Of a stretch of 64,000 nt of DNA, positions 18,634 to 26,352 are shown in pieces (within the stretch, counting starts at the first letter, position 1; each line of letters starts with the position of its first letter). The notes beneath the pieces were generated by a model. That model was not told the DNA's origin. It did not search any database and saw only the letters and a program-made list of their open reading frames with translations. The position numbers and the translations under genes are program-made. Source of the stretch: a virus; the IMG/VR virus record IMGVR_UViG_3300037109_000068, positions 1-64,000 of that record; one strand, given 5' to 3'.

Positions 18634-18873
18634 TTAACTAGCTTTCTTATTCCTCATCCAACCTTTGAACTTAGTATGTTTTGGTTGAAAAATTGCTGAG
18701 GAATTTACATCGTTACAACCCCCATACGTGTGAATTTGTTTTCCTTTTTTAGTGCGTGCTAAAGCTGCTTCATGTTTTGCACGTTCTACGTTTGAATTTT
18801 GTGGACGATTGTTTGTTTTTTCTCTGTTTGGAGTAAAAAAACCTACGAGTGATAATAAAGATTTTAGTTTCAT
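18634..18873 (-). CDS. hypothetical basic protein
   Basis: 79-aa ORF abutting the primase start. Confidence 0.35.
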   Translation of the reverse strand: MKLKSLLSLVGFFTPNREKTNNRPQNSNVERAKHEAALARTKKGKQIHTYGGCNDVNSSAIFQPKHTKFKGWMRNKKAS

Positions 18874-18886
18874 AATTGAAAAATTT

Positions 18887-19282
18887 TTAATTGGTTATAT
18901 AATATGCATTTTTTAATAAATAATCAATATTTACTTTCTTGTCAATAATTCGTCTACTTTTTAATGACAATATTTCTAGACGATTTACTACAATAAGAGA
19001 TTCTTTGCCTGCAGGAAGTACAAAATGTCGTTTGCCACCTGCTACTTTGTTTACTTTGGTTAATTTTGACCTCTTATCCGCATAACGTTTGGCTAATGAA
19101 AAGTGAGCCCAACCGGTAAATACACGAATATTAGAACGGTCAGTCACGTAAATTACCCAAACATTTGTAATCCAAATTAACAAATTACCAACCCAACCAT
19201 TATATATCTTTTTCCAATATGGAAAAATTAACTTTTTTACTTTGGCCAATAACTGTTTCCATAATTTTTTGAATTCTTTCAT
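18887..19282 (-). CDS. hypothetical protein with one hydrophobic segment
   Basis: 131-aa ORF. WVGNLLIWITNVWVIYV is a putative TM segment. Confidence 0.4.
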   Translation of the reverse strand: MKEFKKLWKQLLAKVKKLIFPYWKKIYNGWVGNLLIWITNVWVIYVTDRSNIRVFTGWAHFSLAKRYADKRSKLTKVNKVAGGKRHFVLPAGKESLIVVNRLEILSLKSRRIIDKKVNIDYLLKNAYYITN

Positions 19283-19299
19283 GATTAATTGTTTTTAGT

Positions 19300-20892
19300 T
19301 TATAAATATTCCTGCATTAATTCTATTAATAAAGATTCATTTTCAGTTTCTATTCCATCTGTAATAGCATCAACTATCTTTCTTTTTGCATCAAGCAATT
19401 CTGCTATTTTTTCCTCGATGGTATTTATTGCAATTGCATAATAGATATTTACTCCTCTTAATTGACCAATCCTATGAATTCTATCTTCCATTTGATCCAT
19501 CTTTTTTGGACTCCAACCTAATTCTACTACAAGCATATTACTTGCTGCTGTTAAGGTAATACCAACTCCTCCAGCCATCAAATTTACAATAAATAATTTA
19601 GTATTCAAATCATTTTGAAAGGAATCAATCGCTTCCTGTCTTTTTGTCCCAGTTACTGAACCATCAAGTTTTACTGCTATTTTTGGAAATGATTCGATCA
19701 ATTGATTTATTACAAAGGTATGTGTGGTGACAATTACTAGTTTTCCTTCAGTTTCAAGATAATCCTCAACCCATTTAACGACTCCATTTAATTTACCTTG
19801 AACTGCAAATTGTTTTAATCCTTCTGTTCTTGCTTTTGCATTTAGGAAAGCTTTTGAATCAATTAAATGACCATTGACTAAATTTGCTTTTACAAATGAT
19901 TTGTAATCTGCTTCTGCTTTTGAATATTCTTTTCTATTTTCTAATTCAATTGGAACAATCGTTCTTATTTTTGCAGGTAATTCCGGCAAGACATCTTTTT
20001 TAAGCCTGCGCAGCATTATTGGAATAAGTTTTTTATGTAATTCCTCTGTCTTCATTGATCCTTTAAAATTCCAACCATACCTATCTTTTTTAGGATCACA
20101 ATATTTCCATATAAAATCCCATTGGTCAGGGAATATCGTTGGATCAACAAAGTTTATAGTATTAAATAATTCATATGGATGGTTTTCTACAGGTGTTCCT
20201 GTTAAAGCAAGTCGATGTGGTACATTTTTTTTAAGTTTCCTTATTGCAGACATTCGTTTTGTTGAACTATTTTTTATGAAATGAGCCTCATCAAGTATCA
20301 TTATTTTAAATTCTTGTTTGAGTAATTCCTTTGTCCAATATGTCAATATATCATAATTGATTATAATAACATTCCCTATTATTTTTGAAGGTTTTTCCCC
20401 ATTTAAAATTTGAATATGTGGAACAGGATTCATCCAGTTTTTAATTTCTCTTGCCCAATTTATTTTTACTGATGAAGGTTCTATAATAAGAGCAGGACGG
20501 ATTTCTGGATGCAATTGTAAATAAGCAATTGCCTCAATAGTTTTTCCTAAACCTTGTTCATCTGCGATTAAACAACAACCATTATGTTGCTCGATAAATT
20601 GCACACCAATATTTTGAAATGATCGAAGTGTGCCTTTTAAACCGGGAACTGTATATTTTTCATCAATATTATTTAAAAGGAATGTTTCAAGTCGCTTATC
20701 AATGATAAAATTCCAATCCATTACTTTTTTCAAATTTTCCTTAGTAAGAGGTGTAGACCAACAATCAATACTACTATGATAATTTCTAATAGTAAGTGTT
20801 TTCATATTGGCAATATCCTTCTTATTAGAAGGAAACTTCATTTTGATTAATTTCCTCCCATTAGCGTCTTTTGCAAGTGTGGCAGTTTTCAT
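19300..20892 (-). CDS. SNF2-family helicase/ATPase
   Basis: Motif I ADEQGLGKT, motif II ILDEAH, motif VI QMEDRIHRIGQ. Confidence 0.9.
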   Translation of the reverse strand: MKTATLAKDANGRKLIKMKFPSNKKDIANMKTLTIRNYHSSIDCWSTPLTKENLKKVMDWNFIIDKRLETFLLNNIDEKYTVPGLKGTLRSFQNIGVQFIEQHNGCCLIADEQGLGKTIEAIAYLQLHPEIRPALIIEPSSVKINWAREIKNWMNPVPHIQILNGEKPSKIIGNVIIINYDILTYWTKELLKQEFKIMILDEAHFIKNSSTKRMSAIRKLKKNVPHRLALTGTPVENHPYELFNTINFVDPTIFPDQWDFIWKYCDPKKDRYGWNFKGSMKTEELHKKLIPIMLRRLKKDVLPELPAKIRTIVPIELENRKEYSKAEADYKSFVKANLVNGHLIDSKAFLNAKARTEGLKQFAVQGKLNGVVKWVEDYLETEGKLVIVTTHTFVINQLIESFPKIAVKLDGSVTGTKRQEAIDSFQNDLNTKLFIVNLMAGGVGITLTAASNMLVVELGWSPKKMDQMEDRIHRIGQLRGVNIYYAIAINTIEEKIAELLDAKRKIVDAITDGIETENESLLIELMQEYL

Positions 20893-20911
20893 TTGAGATA
20901 AAATTTAATTT

Positions 20912-21073
20912 TTAGTAAATTGTTCTGATACATTCACTAATTGTTTTCACTGTGAGATAATGGCTTGCTGCATATTCAAAATGCTTTGCAACCATAATGT
21001 TTACATCTTTTATATTGTTACCGTCAGCAATTAACTTTGCAATTACTTTGTTTTTTAATTCTTGTTTTGTCAT
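20912..21073 (-). CDS. small hypothetical protein (53 aa, below the ORF-track cutoff)
   Basis: ATG at 21073 overlaps the upstream stop (ATGA). MTKQELKNKVIAKLIADGNN... fills an otherwise empty gap. Confidence 0.4.
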   Translation of the reverse strand: MTKQELKNKVIAKLIADGNNIKDVNIMVAKHFEYAASHYLTVKTISECIRTIY

Positions 21074-21393
21074 TCTATTTTCCTCCTTACTACTTTTCTT
21101 GTTTTAATCTTTTCCATTATTAATTGATATTTTTCTGTATATCTAGGATTTTTACGTCTTAGAATAGTATAGAACATCTCATTTTCTTTTATGAGAAATG
21201 GCCGGTCTCTTAACGACACATCAGTAGGAAACAATGATAATACTAATTCCTCAGATAATGTGTTAACTTTTCCGTTGAAATACTCGAGGAAAGACACATG
21301 TTCATTTTCAAAAAGTGCATTTATCTCACACTTTTTAAATGTATCTTTCCAAACATAATCTTTGTTAGGTGTCGCTTTTACTAGATATTTCAT
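21070..21393 (-). CDS. hypothetical protein
   Basis: 107-aa ORF overlapping the upstream gene stop. Confidence 0.45.
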   Translation of the reverse strand: MKYLVKATPNKDYVWKDTFKKCEINALFENEHVSFLEYFNGKVNTLSEELVLSLFPTDVSLRDRPFLIKENEMFYTILRRKNPRYTEKYQLIMEKIKTRKVVRRKIE

Positions 21394-22109
21394 TCAATAC
21401 TCCTATATTGGTTTACTTTTTTAATGAATGTAAAGTACTGTTGAGCATAGTTATTATCTTCATGCGTTTCCTTTACTTGCTTTTCGAACTGAATGAGGTT
21501 ACCTCGAAAACATCCACAGACAACTTGTATATCATTATCACTTGTCCAATAGACAGTGGTTTGTGCATTTCTTGATTCAATTTTTGGTGAAACCAAACGT
21601 TGTGGATTTTCCTTATAGTCTCTGCAATATGTACAACCTGTGCAATCTCTGCAACCTGTACAACCTCTGCAATCTCTGCAATATGTACAATCTATGCAAC
21701 CTGTGCAACCTGTGCAATCTCTGCAATATGTACAATCTATGCAATCTATGCAATCTCTGCAACCTGTACAACCTCTGCAATCTATGCAATCTATGCAATC
21801 TCTGCAATCTCTGCAATATGTACAATCTATGCAACCTGTGCAATCTCTGCAATATGTACAATCTATGCAATCTATGCAATCTCTGCAATCTATGCAATCT
21901 CTGCAACCTGTACAACCTCTGCAATCTATGCAATCTATGCAATCTCTGCAACCTGTACAACCTCTGCAATCTCTGCAATATGTACAATCTATGCAATATG
22001 TACAATTAATTAACGTTAGACTTTTCTGCGTTGCAGAGTCTTCTGTTTCGTAATATGCATTCCACTTATTGCCTTTTTCATCAATAAAAAATTCATTTTC
22101 TTTTTTCAT
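21390..22109 (-). CDS. Cys-x-x triplet-repeat protein (43 consecutive CXX units) with a globular C-terminal domain
   Basis: Residues 36-164 consist only of CTY/CID/CRD/CRG/CTG triplets. Flanked by non-repetitive N- and C-terminal sequence and in an operon with its neighbours. Confidence 0.75.
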   Translation of the reverse strand: MKKENEFFIDEKGNKWNAYYETEDSATQKSLTLINCTYCIDCTYCRDCRGCTGCRDCIDCIDCRGCTGCRDCIDCRDCIDCIDCTYCRDCTGCIDCTYCRDCRDCIDCIDCRGCTGCRDCIDCIDCTYCRDCTGCTGCIDCTYCRDCRGCTGCRDCTGCTYCRDYKENPQRLVSPKIESRNAQTTVYWTSDNDIQVVCGCFRGNLIQFEKQVKETHEDNNYAQQYFTFIKKVNQYRSIE

Positions 22110-22312
22110 GATTTTTCAATTTTAGTTAGTAAACCTTTTTTCAATTTTCTTTGCAATATGCACTCATGCAAAGTATGGTGTAACTCATCATCTACGATGG
22201 TTTGCTCAGCTTTCTTTTTTGGAGTGATAAAATGCATCTTATTCCTTTTTAGGAATTTTGCAAGTTGTCTGCCTGTTAATCCTTCTGGTAAATGTAATTC
22301 AATTTTTTTCAT
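22106..22312 (-). CDS. hypothetical basic protein
   Basis: 68-aa ORF overlapping the downstream start. Confidence 0.4.
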   Translation of the reverse strand: MKKIELHLPEGLTGRQLAKFLKRNKMHFITPKKKAEQTIVDDELHHTLHECILQRKLKKGLLTKIEKS

Positions 22313-22316
22313 CTTT

Positions 22317-23219
22317 TTAGTTATTAATGGTTACATATTGCATTTTTGGAGTCTGTTCATCTGTATATTTTTTAAGAACATCAAATCCTGAGTTCATCAT
22401 TTCCATACCACCTGTCAACATTAAGTAATCCATTTTTTTAATAATGTCTTTTGGTGCAGTAATATGATTTGTATAACGTGTAATACCATTGAATAATGCC
22501 CAAATCGTTTTTCCTTGCTCATCAATAGATGTTTGCAAGGAATCTGAAAAATCTACAATTTTGTTTTTCTTTTGCGTAGAAATTTTACTTGTATCATCAT
22601 TTATATCAACTTTAAAGATTTTATTTAAAACTCTTTCTATTGCTTCATCTCGAATTGGAAGATCTGCCATCTGTTTGAATTTAACCATCAATAAATCATC
22701 TTTTGAGATTGTTTTTCTTAATTCTTCCTTTGCGACTTCAATCCTTTCTTTCATGGTTTTTGTATGTCTGAATTTTTGTACTTCACCGTAGGCTTGAAAG
22801 AATGTATTTTGACAAACCACGGTGGTATTAGCACTTCCAAATCCTACACTAATTGAGCCATCATGTGCATTTAAACACGTTACCCAACGTTTAATTTCTG
22901 AATTACCGATTATTTCCTTTGGCAATTCAGCTTGCAAATAAACCTTTTTACCAAATTTTAATTGACCGCCTTGTGTTAATTCAATATCTAATCCTTCAAT
23001 AGCATTGAGAAGGATCATTGCAAGTTCACTGTTTTGGAGAGGAACATAATTTTGACCTACGGTACCTAACCAAAAATTGTCACGTTTAAATATACCAAAG
23101 GATTCGGTAGGTAATACTAAACCATCATTATTTAACGCAGTTAATGGTTTCTTTTCTGCCGACCAATTTAGATCTGTTTTTTCAAGCAAATCAAAACATC
23201 TTTCTTCAATTGTATTCAT
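22317..23219 (-). CDS. DUF932-family (phage/plasmid-like) protein
   Basis: YVPLQNSE, LNAHDGS and VVCQNTF motifs. Start moved to MNTIEER, because the longer ORF runs into a tRNA-like element. Confidence 0.65.
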   Translation of the reverse strand: MNTIEERCFDLLEKTDLNWSAEKKPLTALNNDGLVLPTESFGIFKRDNFWLGTVGQNYVPLQNSELAMILLNAIEGLDIELTQGGQLKFGKKVYLQAELPKEIIGNSEIKRWVTCLNAHDGSISVGFGSANTTVVCQNTFFQAYGEVQKFRHTKTMKERIEVAKEELRKTISKDDLLMVKFKQMADLPIRDEAIERVLNKIFKVDINDDTSKISTQKKNKIVDFSDSLQTSIDEQGKTIWALFNGITRYTNHITAPKDIIKKMDYLMLTGGMEMMNSGFDVLKKYTDEQTPKMQYVTINN

Positions 23220-23246
23220 AGTTTTTAAATTAAGTGAATAAATTAG

Positions 23247-23314
23247 GGAATCTGGATGGATTCGAACCAACTACTGATGCGCCAGTTCCATGTCCTTATC
23301 TCTAAGGCAGACTC
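23247..23314 (-). other. degenerate tRNA-like element (T-arm and acceptor present, no canonical anticodon arm)
   Basis: Minus strand: GAGTCTG...GTTGGTTCGAATCCATC CAGATTC C. The D-region forms CCTTA-GAGA-TAAGG. Only ACTG/CAGT with a 6-nt loop is found where the anticodon arm should be. Confidence 0.3.
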
Positions 23315-23323
23315 CAAGTATTT

Positions 23324-23704
23324 TTACAATTCGATTAATTTAGTTGAACAATCAAAGTGAATAGTTACACCGCTATATGTAGAATAGTGGCCTTTGTCTT
23401 TTGATTCAGTGTATCCTACTTTTATTACATGAGGAAGCTTTTTAATTTTTTCCTTTTGTGTTGGAGTAATTCCATTATATCCAAGTTTCATTCTAATAAC
23501 TCCATTTTTTCGATTGTCAATAAAACAAAAACCAGCTTCACTTCCAAGAATTTGTTCAATCCTTTGTCTGATAGGACTTTTTTTGGATTCATTTTCTGTA
23601 GATGTAGAAAATTCAGGAAACAAATGATCTAATGCTTTTTCTGCTTCTGGAAAAACATTATATGTATACATTAATTCATTTCTTGTACAAATATATTTTT
23701 TCAT
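23324..23704 (-). CDS. hypothetical protein
   Basis: 126-aa ORF with its start 33 nt downstream of hairpin copy 1. Confidence 0.5.
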   Translation of the reverse strand: MKKYICTRNELMYTYNVFPEAEKALDHLFPEFSTSTENESKKSPIRQRIEQILGSEAGFCFIDNRKNGVIRMKLGYNGITPTQKEKIKKLPHVIKVGYTESKDKGHYSTYSGVTIHFDCSTKLIEL

Positions 23705-23736
23705 ATCATTAAAGTTTAATTGTTTTTACTACGAAA

Positions 23737-23762
23737 ACCACGTAACCTCTCGACTACGTGGT
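23737..23762 (-). repeat. conserved GNRA-capped hairpin, copy 1 (terminator-like)
   Basis: Minus strand ACCACGTA-G-TC-GAGA-GG-T-TACGTGGT followed by TTTC. Confidence 0.7.
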
Positions 23763-23912
23763 AATAATATTATATGTTTTAATAGTTTGTAGGGCAGATT
23801 TTACTCACGTGGTAAAACAACAAGATACCAATAACCACTTAGCCCACATAATACACCATCCTTTCTTTTTGTAAGTAACTCCTTATTAAAGTTAACCATT
23901 TTTACCAACAAA

Positions 23913-23938
23913 ACCACATAACCTTTCGATTATGTGGT
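23913..23938 (-). repeat. conserved GNRA-capped hairpin, copy 2
   Basis: Minus strand ACCACATA-A-TC-GAAA-GG-T-TATGTGGT followed by TTTG. Stem G:C changed to A:T on both arms. Confidence 0.7.
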
Positions 23939-23961
23939 AAAATACGGGTAAAAATCGGTAT

Positions 23962-24420
23962 TTACTTTGCAAACTGATATATTCCTTTCTCGGTCACTTT
24001 TACCAGTTTTTCAAATTTATTGTATTTCGGGTTTTTACAATCTGTAAGCACCGTGGAAAGTGTTGAATCAGAAAGATGAGGAAGATTTTCTTTGCCAATT
24101 TCCATTAATTCCTTTTTTGTTTTGTTTCCTTTTTCAATAAATGGAGTCAAAACAGATACTAATGAAGGACCTTTTTCCTTTTTCACTGCGGATTGTTTTT
24201 CGGTTTTTTCCTTTTTCTCTTTGATAAATTTACCAACACTTTCGAAATCTTCAACTTTTAAAATTTCGATTTCTTCTTCTTCGTTTGCTTCAAATTCTGG
24301 ATCAATGTAAACGGTTGACACCTTTTTGATAGGTTTCTTTTCTTCTACATCGTCTTTTACCGGTTTCTGATTAGGTTTTACTACAACCTTGGCATTTGTT
24401 TTTCTTGCAATTGTTTTCAT
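23962..24420 (-). CDS. Lys/Glu-rich protein with the C-terminal TDCKNPKYN domain (paralog 2 of 3)
   Basis: C-terminus LTPFIEKGNKTKKEL...VLTDCKNPKYNKFEKLV aligns with 11601-12410 and 25746-26111. Confidence 0.6.
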   Translation of the reverse strand: MKTIARKTNAKVVVKPNQKPVKDDVEEKKPIKKVSTVYIDPEFEANEEEEIEILKVEDFESVGKFIKEKKEKTEKQSAVKKEKGPSLVSVLTPFIEKGNKTKKELMEIGKENLPHLSDSTLSTVLTDCKNPKYNKFEKLVKVTEKGIYQFAK

Positions 24421-24455
24421 GATTAAAAAGTTTAAAGTTAATAAATAAGAATGCT

Positions 24456-24638
24456 TTAATTAATTTTTTCAATACGAAGTATTTCTATTATTTTACGTAA
24501 ATGATCAATGATAAACACATAAAATAAAAGACAATCTCCAATAATAAGCTTTTGTTTTGCCTCTTCAAGAACCTTGTCTCTTTGTTCTTGATTCATACAT
24601 TTTTCATATTCCTTTTTGAAATAATCTAAGTTTTTCAT
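24456..24638 (-). CDS. small hypothetical early protein
   Basis: Start set at MKNLDYF. The longer MVLPVK... start lies inside hairpin copy 3. Confidence 0.4.
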   Translation of the reverse strand: MKNLDYFKKEYEKCMNQEQRDKVLEEAKQKLIIGDCLLFYVFIIDHLRKIIEILRIEKIN

Positions 24639-24672
24639 AGTATTTCCTTTTTTTATTGTTTTTACTGGCAAA

Positions 24673-24698
24673 ACCACGTAGCCTTTCGATTACGTGGT
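24673..24698 (-). repeat. conserved GNRA-capped hairpin, copy 3
   Basis: Minus strand ACCACGTA-A-TC-GAAA-GG-C-TACGTGGT followed by TTTGCCAGTAAAAA. Confidence 0.7.
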
Positions 24699-24724
24699 AA
24701 AATTGATTTATTTTAAATTCCTTT

Positions 24725-25003
24725 TTAAGGTTTAATAATTTTATGACAATTATAAGTATAATACGTAATAAAATAATTATTAGTTGAATCTACTACACTA
24801 TAATTATATGTATCAAGTGTAGTTTGATTATCATAAGGCATTAATACTTCTTTATTACTAATAGAAATTGTATCAATACCGTGCATCATAATTGTTTGCT
24901 CCGAACAATCCCAACAAAATTCCTCTTGTTTTATTTCTTCCTTTTTGCAATTAGTTACAAAAATCATAGAAAATAAAACAAGTGGTAAAATTAAATTTTT
25001 CAT
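24725..25003 (-). CDS. small lipoprotein (early gene)
   Basis: MKNLILPLVLFSMIFVTNC, then KKEE directly after the lipobox Cys. Confidence 0.55.
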   Translation of the reverse strand: MKNLILPLVLFSMIFVTNCKKEEIKQEEFCWDCSEQTIMMHGIDTISISNKEVLMPYDNQTTLDTYNYSVVDSTNNYFITYYTYNCHKIIKP

Positions 25004-25032
25004 GATATTCCTTTTTTGGTTTTACCAACAAA

Positions 25033-25058
25033 ACCAGGAAGCCTTTCGACTACCTGGT
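25033..25058 (-). repeat. conserved GNRA-capped hairpin, copy 4
   Basis: Minus strand ACCAGGTA-G-TC-GAAA-GG-C-TTCCTGGT. The C:G pair is flipped to G:C relative to the other copies. Confidence 0.65.
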
Positions 25059-25065
25059 AAAATTG

Positions 25066-25290
25066 TTAGCGTTTAAAATCATTCCAATTTGTATCAAATT
25101 GAATTATTCTCTCATTGTTTGAAAATAATTCATTGAATAATTTCTCTGCCTCAGCAAAAAGAGGTTCGTCAGTAGTTTTTGCAAGAAGTTCTTCATAAGC
25201 AACTTTTGCCTTTTTGTAGTTTTCAAGGTTAAGAATTCCTTTGTCATTTTTCTTAGCCCAAATTTGGAGATGAACGTTAAAGTATTTCAT
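25066..25290 (-). CDS. small hypothetical early protein
   Basis: 74-aa ORF. Confidence 0.4.
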   Translation of the reverse strand: MKYFNVHLQIWAKKNDKGILNLENYKKAKVAYEELLAKTTDEPLFAEAEKLFNELFSNNERIIQFDTNWNDFKR

Positions 25291-25418
25291 TTACTTTATC
25301 TAATAAAACTGTTAATTGAATAATGTTCATTTTTTCAAGGCAATCCTTTCTTATTATATTTGCCTTTTTTTGGATAAGTTGAATTAATTGAGTTTTCATA
25401 CAATAACAATTGGTTAAT

Positions 25419-25440
25419 ATGTGACAAATTTTTGTCACAT
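25419..25440. promoter_or_regulatory. perfect 22-bp palindrome (10-bp arms, 2-bp centre); candidate operator
   Basis: ATGTGACAAA TT TTTGTCACAT in an intergenic gap upstream of small minus-strand ORFs. Confidence 0.4.
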
Positions 25441-25463
25441 TTCGAATATTAAATTCTCATCAG

Positions 25464-25646
25464 TTAACCTTTTAATTTTGTAAACTCCAGATAAGCACCA
25501 GGTTTACTAATTTCAACCCTGTCTCCTATTTTATACCCATCTTGTTCTGCAAAAATAATAAACATATCATTTAAATAAATTCCAATACAGTTTTTATATG
25601 CCTTACAAGACGTTACATGAGGTAAAAGAACCTTTTTTGTTTTCAT
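25464..25646 (-). CDS. small hypothetical early protein
   Basis: Start set at MKTKKVLLP. The longer MVLPVK... start lies inside hairpin copy 5. Confidence 0.4.
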   Translation of the reverse strand: MKTKKVLLPHVTSCKAYKNCIGIYLNDMFIIFAEQDGYKIGDRVEISKPGAYLEFTKLKG

Positions 25647-25695
25647 GATATTTCCTTTTTTAGTGAATAAATATATTTCCTTTTTTACTGGCAAA

Positions 25696-25721
25696 ACCAC
25701 ATAACCTTGCGATTATGTGGT
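25696..25721 (-). repeat. conserved GNRA-capped hairpin, copy 5
   Basis: Minus strand ACCACATA-A-TC-GCAA-GG-T-TATGTGGT followed by TTTGCCAGTAAAAAA. Confidence 0.7.
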
Positions 25722-25745
25722 AAATTATATGTAATACAATACATG

Positions 25746-26111
25746 TTATGCGAATTTTAATGTGTTATTTTCCGTTTTTACAACAAGATGTGGAAATTTG
25801 TTGTATTTCGGATTTTTTGAATCAACAAGCAACGTTGTAACGGTAACGGGATTCACATTTTCAATTGATTCACAAGCAATCTTTGCTAATTGTTTTTGAT
25901 CGAATTGATTTGACTCAATTAAATCCGTTAAAAACGCTACGATTTGTTTACATGTTCCGTTTTTTTCAACTTTTTCTTTTTTTACCTTTTCAACAGGTAC
26001 AACGATTGCTTTTTCTTCGATTGTTTCAACAATTGTTGAAATTTTGGCATCATTGTTTATAACAACGATTTTCTTTGCCGATTTAACGACTTTTTTGTTT
26101 GCTTTTTTCAT
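25746..26111 (-). CDS. Lys-rich protein with the C-terminal xDSKNPKYN domain (paralog 3 of 3); first sizeable early gene
   Basis: C-terminus FLTDLIESNQFDQKQL...LLVDSKNPKYNKFPHLV aligns with the other two paralogs. Confidence 0.55.
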   Translation of the reverse strand: MKKANKKVVKSAKKIVVINNDAKISTIVETIEEKAIVVPVEKVKKEKVEKNGTCKQIVAFLTDLIESNQFDQKQLAKIACESIENVNPVTVTTLLVDSKNPKYNKFPHLVVKTENNTLKFA

Positions 26112-26202
26112 GGTTTTATGTTTTAAAATTGATTTAAATTGTGATGCATGTATTTTTGTACATGCATTTCGTCATAATTTTCAATGACTCATCAGACAAT
26201 TT

Positions 26203-26352
26203 TTAGAAACAATGCACAATATATGATGTATAATTAACAATACATAATGTTGCAAAAATAATTATTGTAAATGCTACAACATATTTTATTGATTTGTTTG
26301 AATTACGATTTGCATTTAATTTTGCGATTTGAATTTTCTGTGTAGTAGTCAT
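26203..26352 (-). CDS. possible 49-aa tail-anchored membrane peptide
   Basis: MTTTQKIQIAKLNANRNSNKSIKYVVAFTIIIFATLCIVNYTSYIVHCF. Below the ORF-track cutoff and has no clear RBS. Confidence 0.3.
   Translation of the reverse strand: MTTTQKIQIAKLNANRNSNKSIKYVVAFTIIIFATLCIVNYTSYIVHCF

Noticed and set aside
21542-22053. Four extra long ORFs (21542-22009 +, 21600-22013 +, 21640-22053 +, 21613-22005 -) overlapping the CXX-repeat gene
   Set aside because: The 3-nt-periodic repeat lacks stop codons in several frames. Only the 21390-22109 minus frame has non-repetitive N- and C-terminal domains and operon context.
22317-23270. The long form of the DUF932 ORF starting at 23270
   Set aside because: The first 17 codons overlap the tRNA-like element. 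The internal Met (23219) begins the conserved region.
23247-23314. The tRNA-like fragments as a prophage attP/attachment site
   Set aside because: No integrase, excisionase or repressor is visible anywhere in the 64 kb, so an integration-site interpretation has no support here.
24639-24677. MVLPVK... N-terminal extensions of ORFs 24456-24677 and 25464-25700
   Set aside because: Both extensions are translations of the conserved repeat flank (TTTTGCCAGTAAAAA...). Internal ATGs preceded by AAAAAGGAAATA are the likely true starts.
23737-25721. The hairpin repeat family as a possible CRISPR array or MITE cluster
   Set aside because: Spacing is irregular (150-750 bp) and the intervals contain genes. 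The units are 26-nt hairpins with conserved flanks, all in one orientation. No cas genes or target-site duplications were seen.
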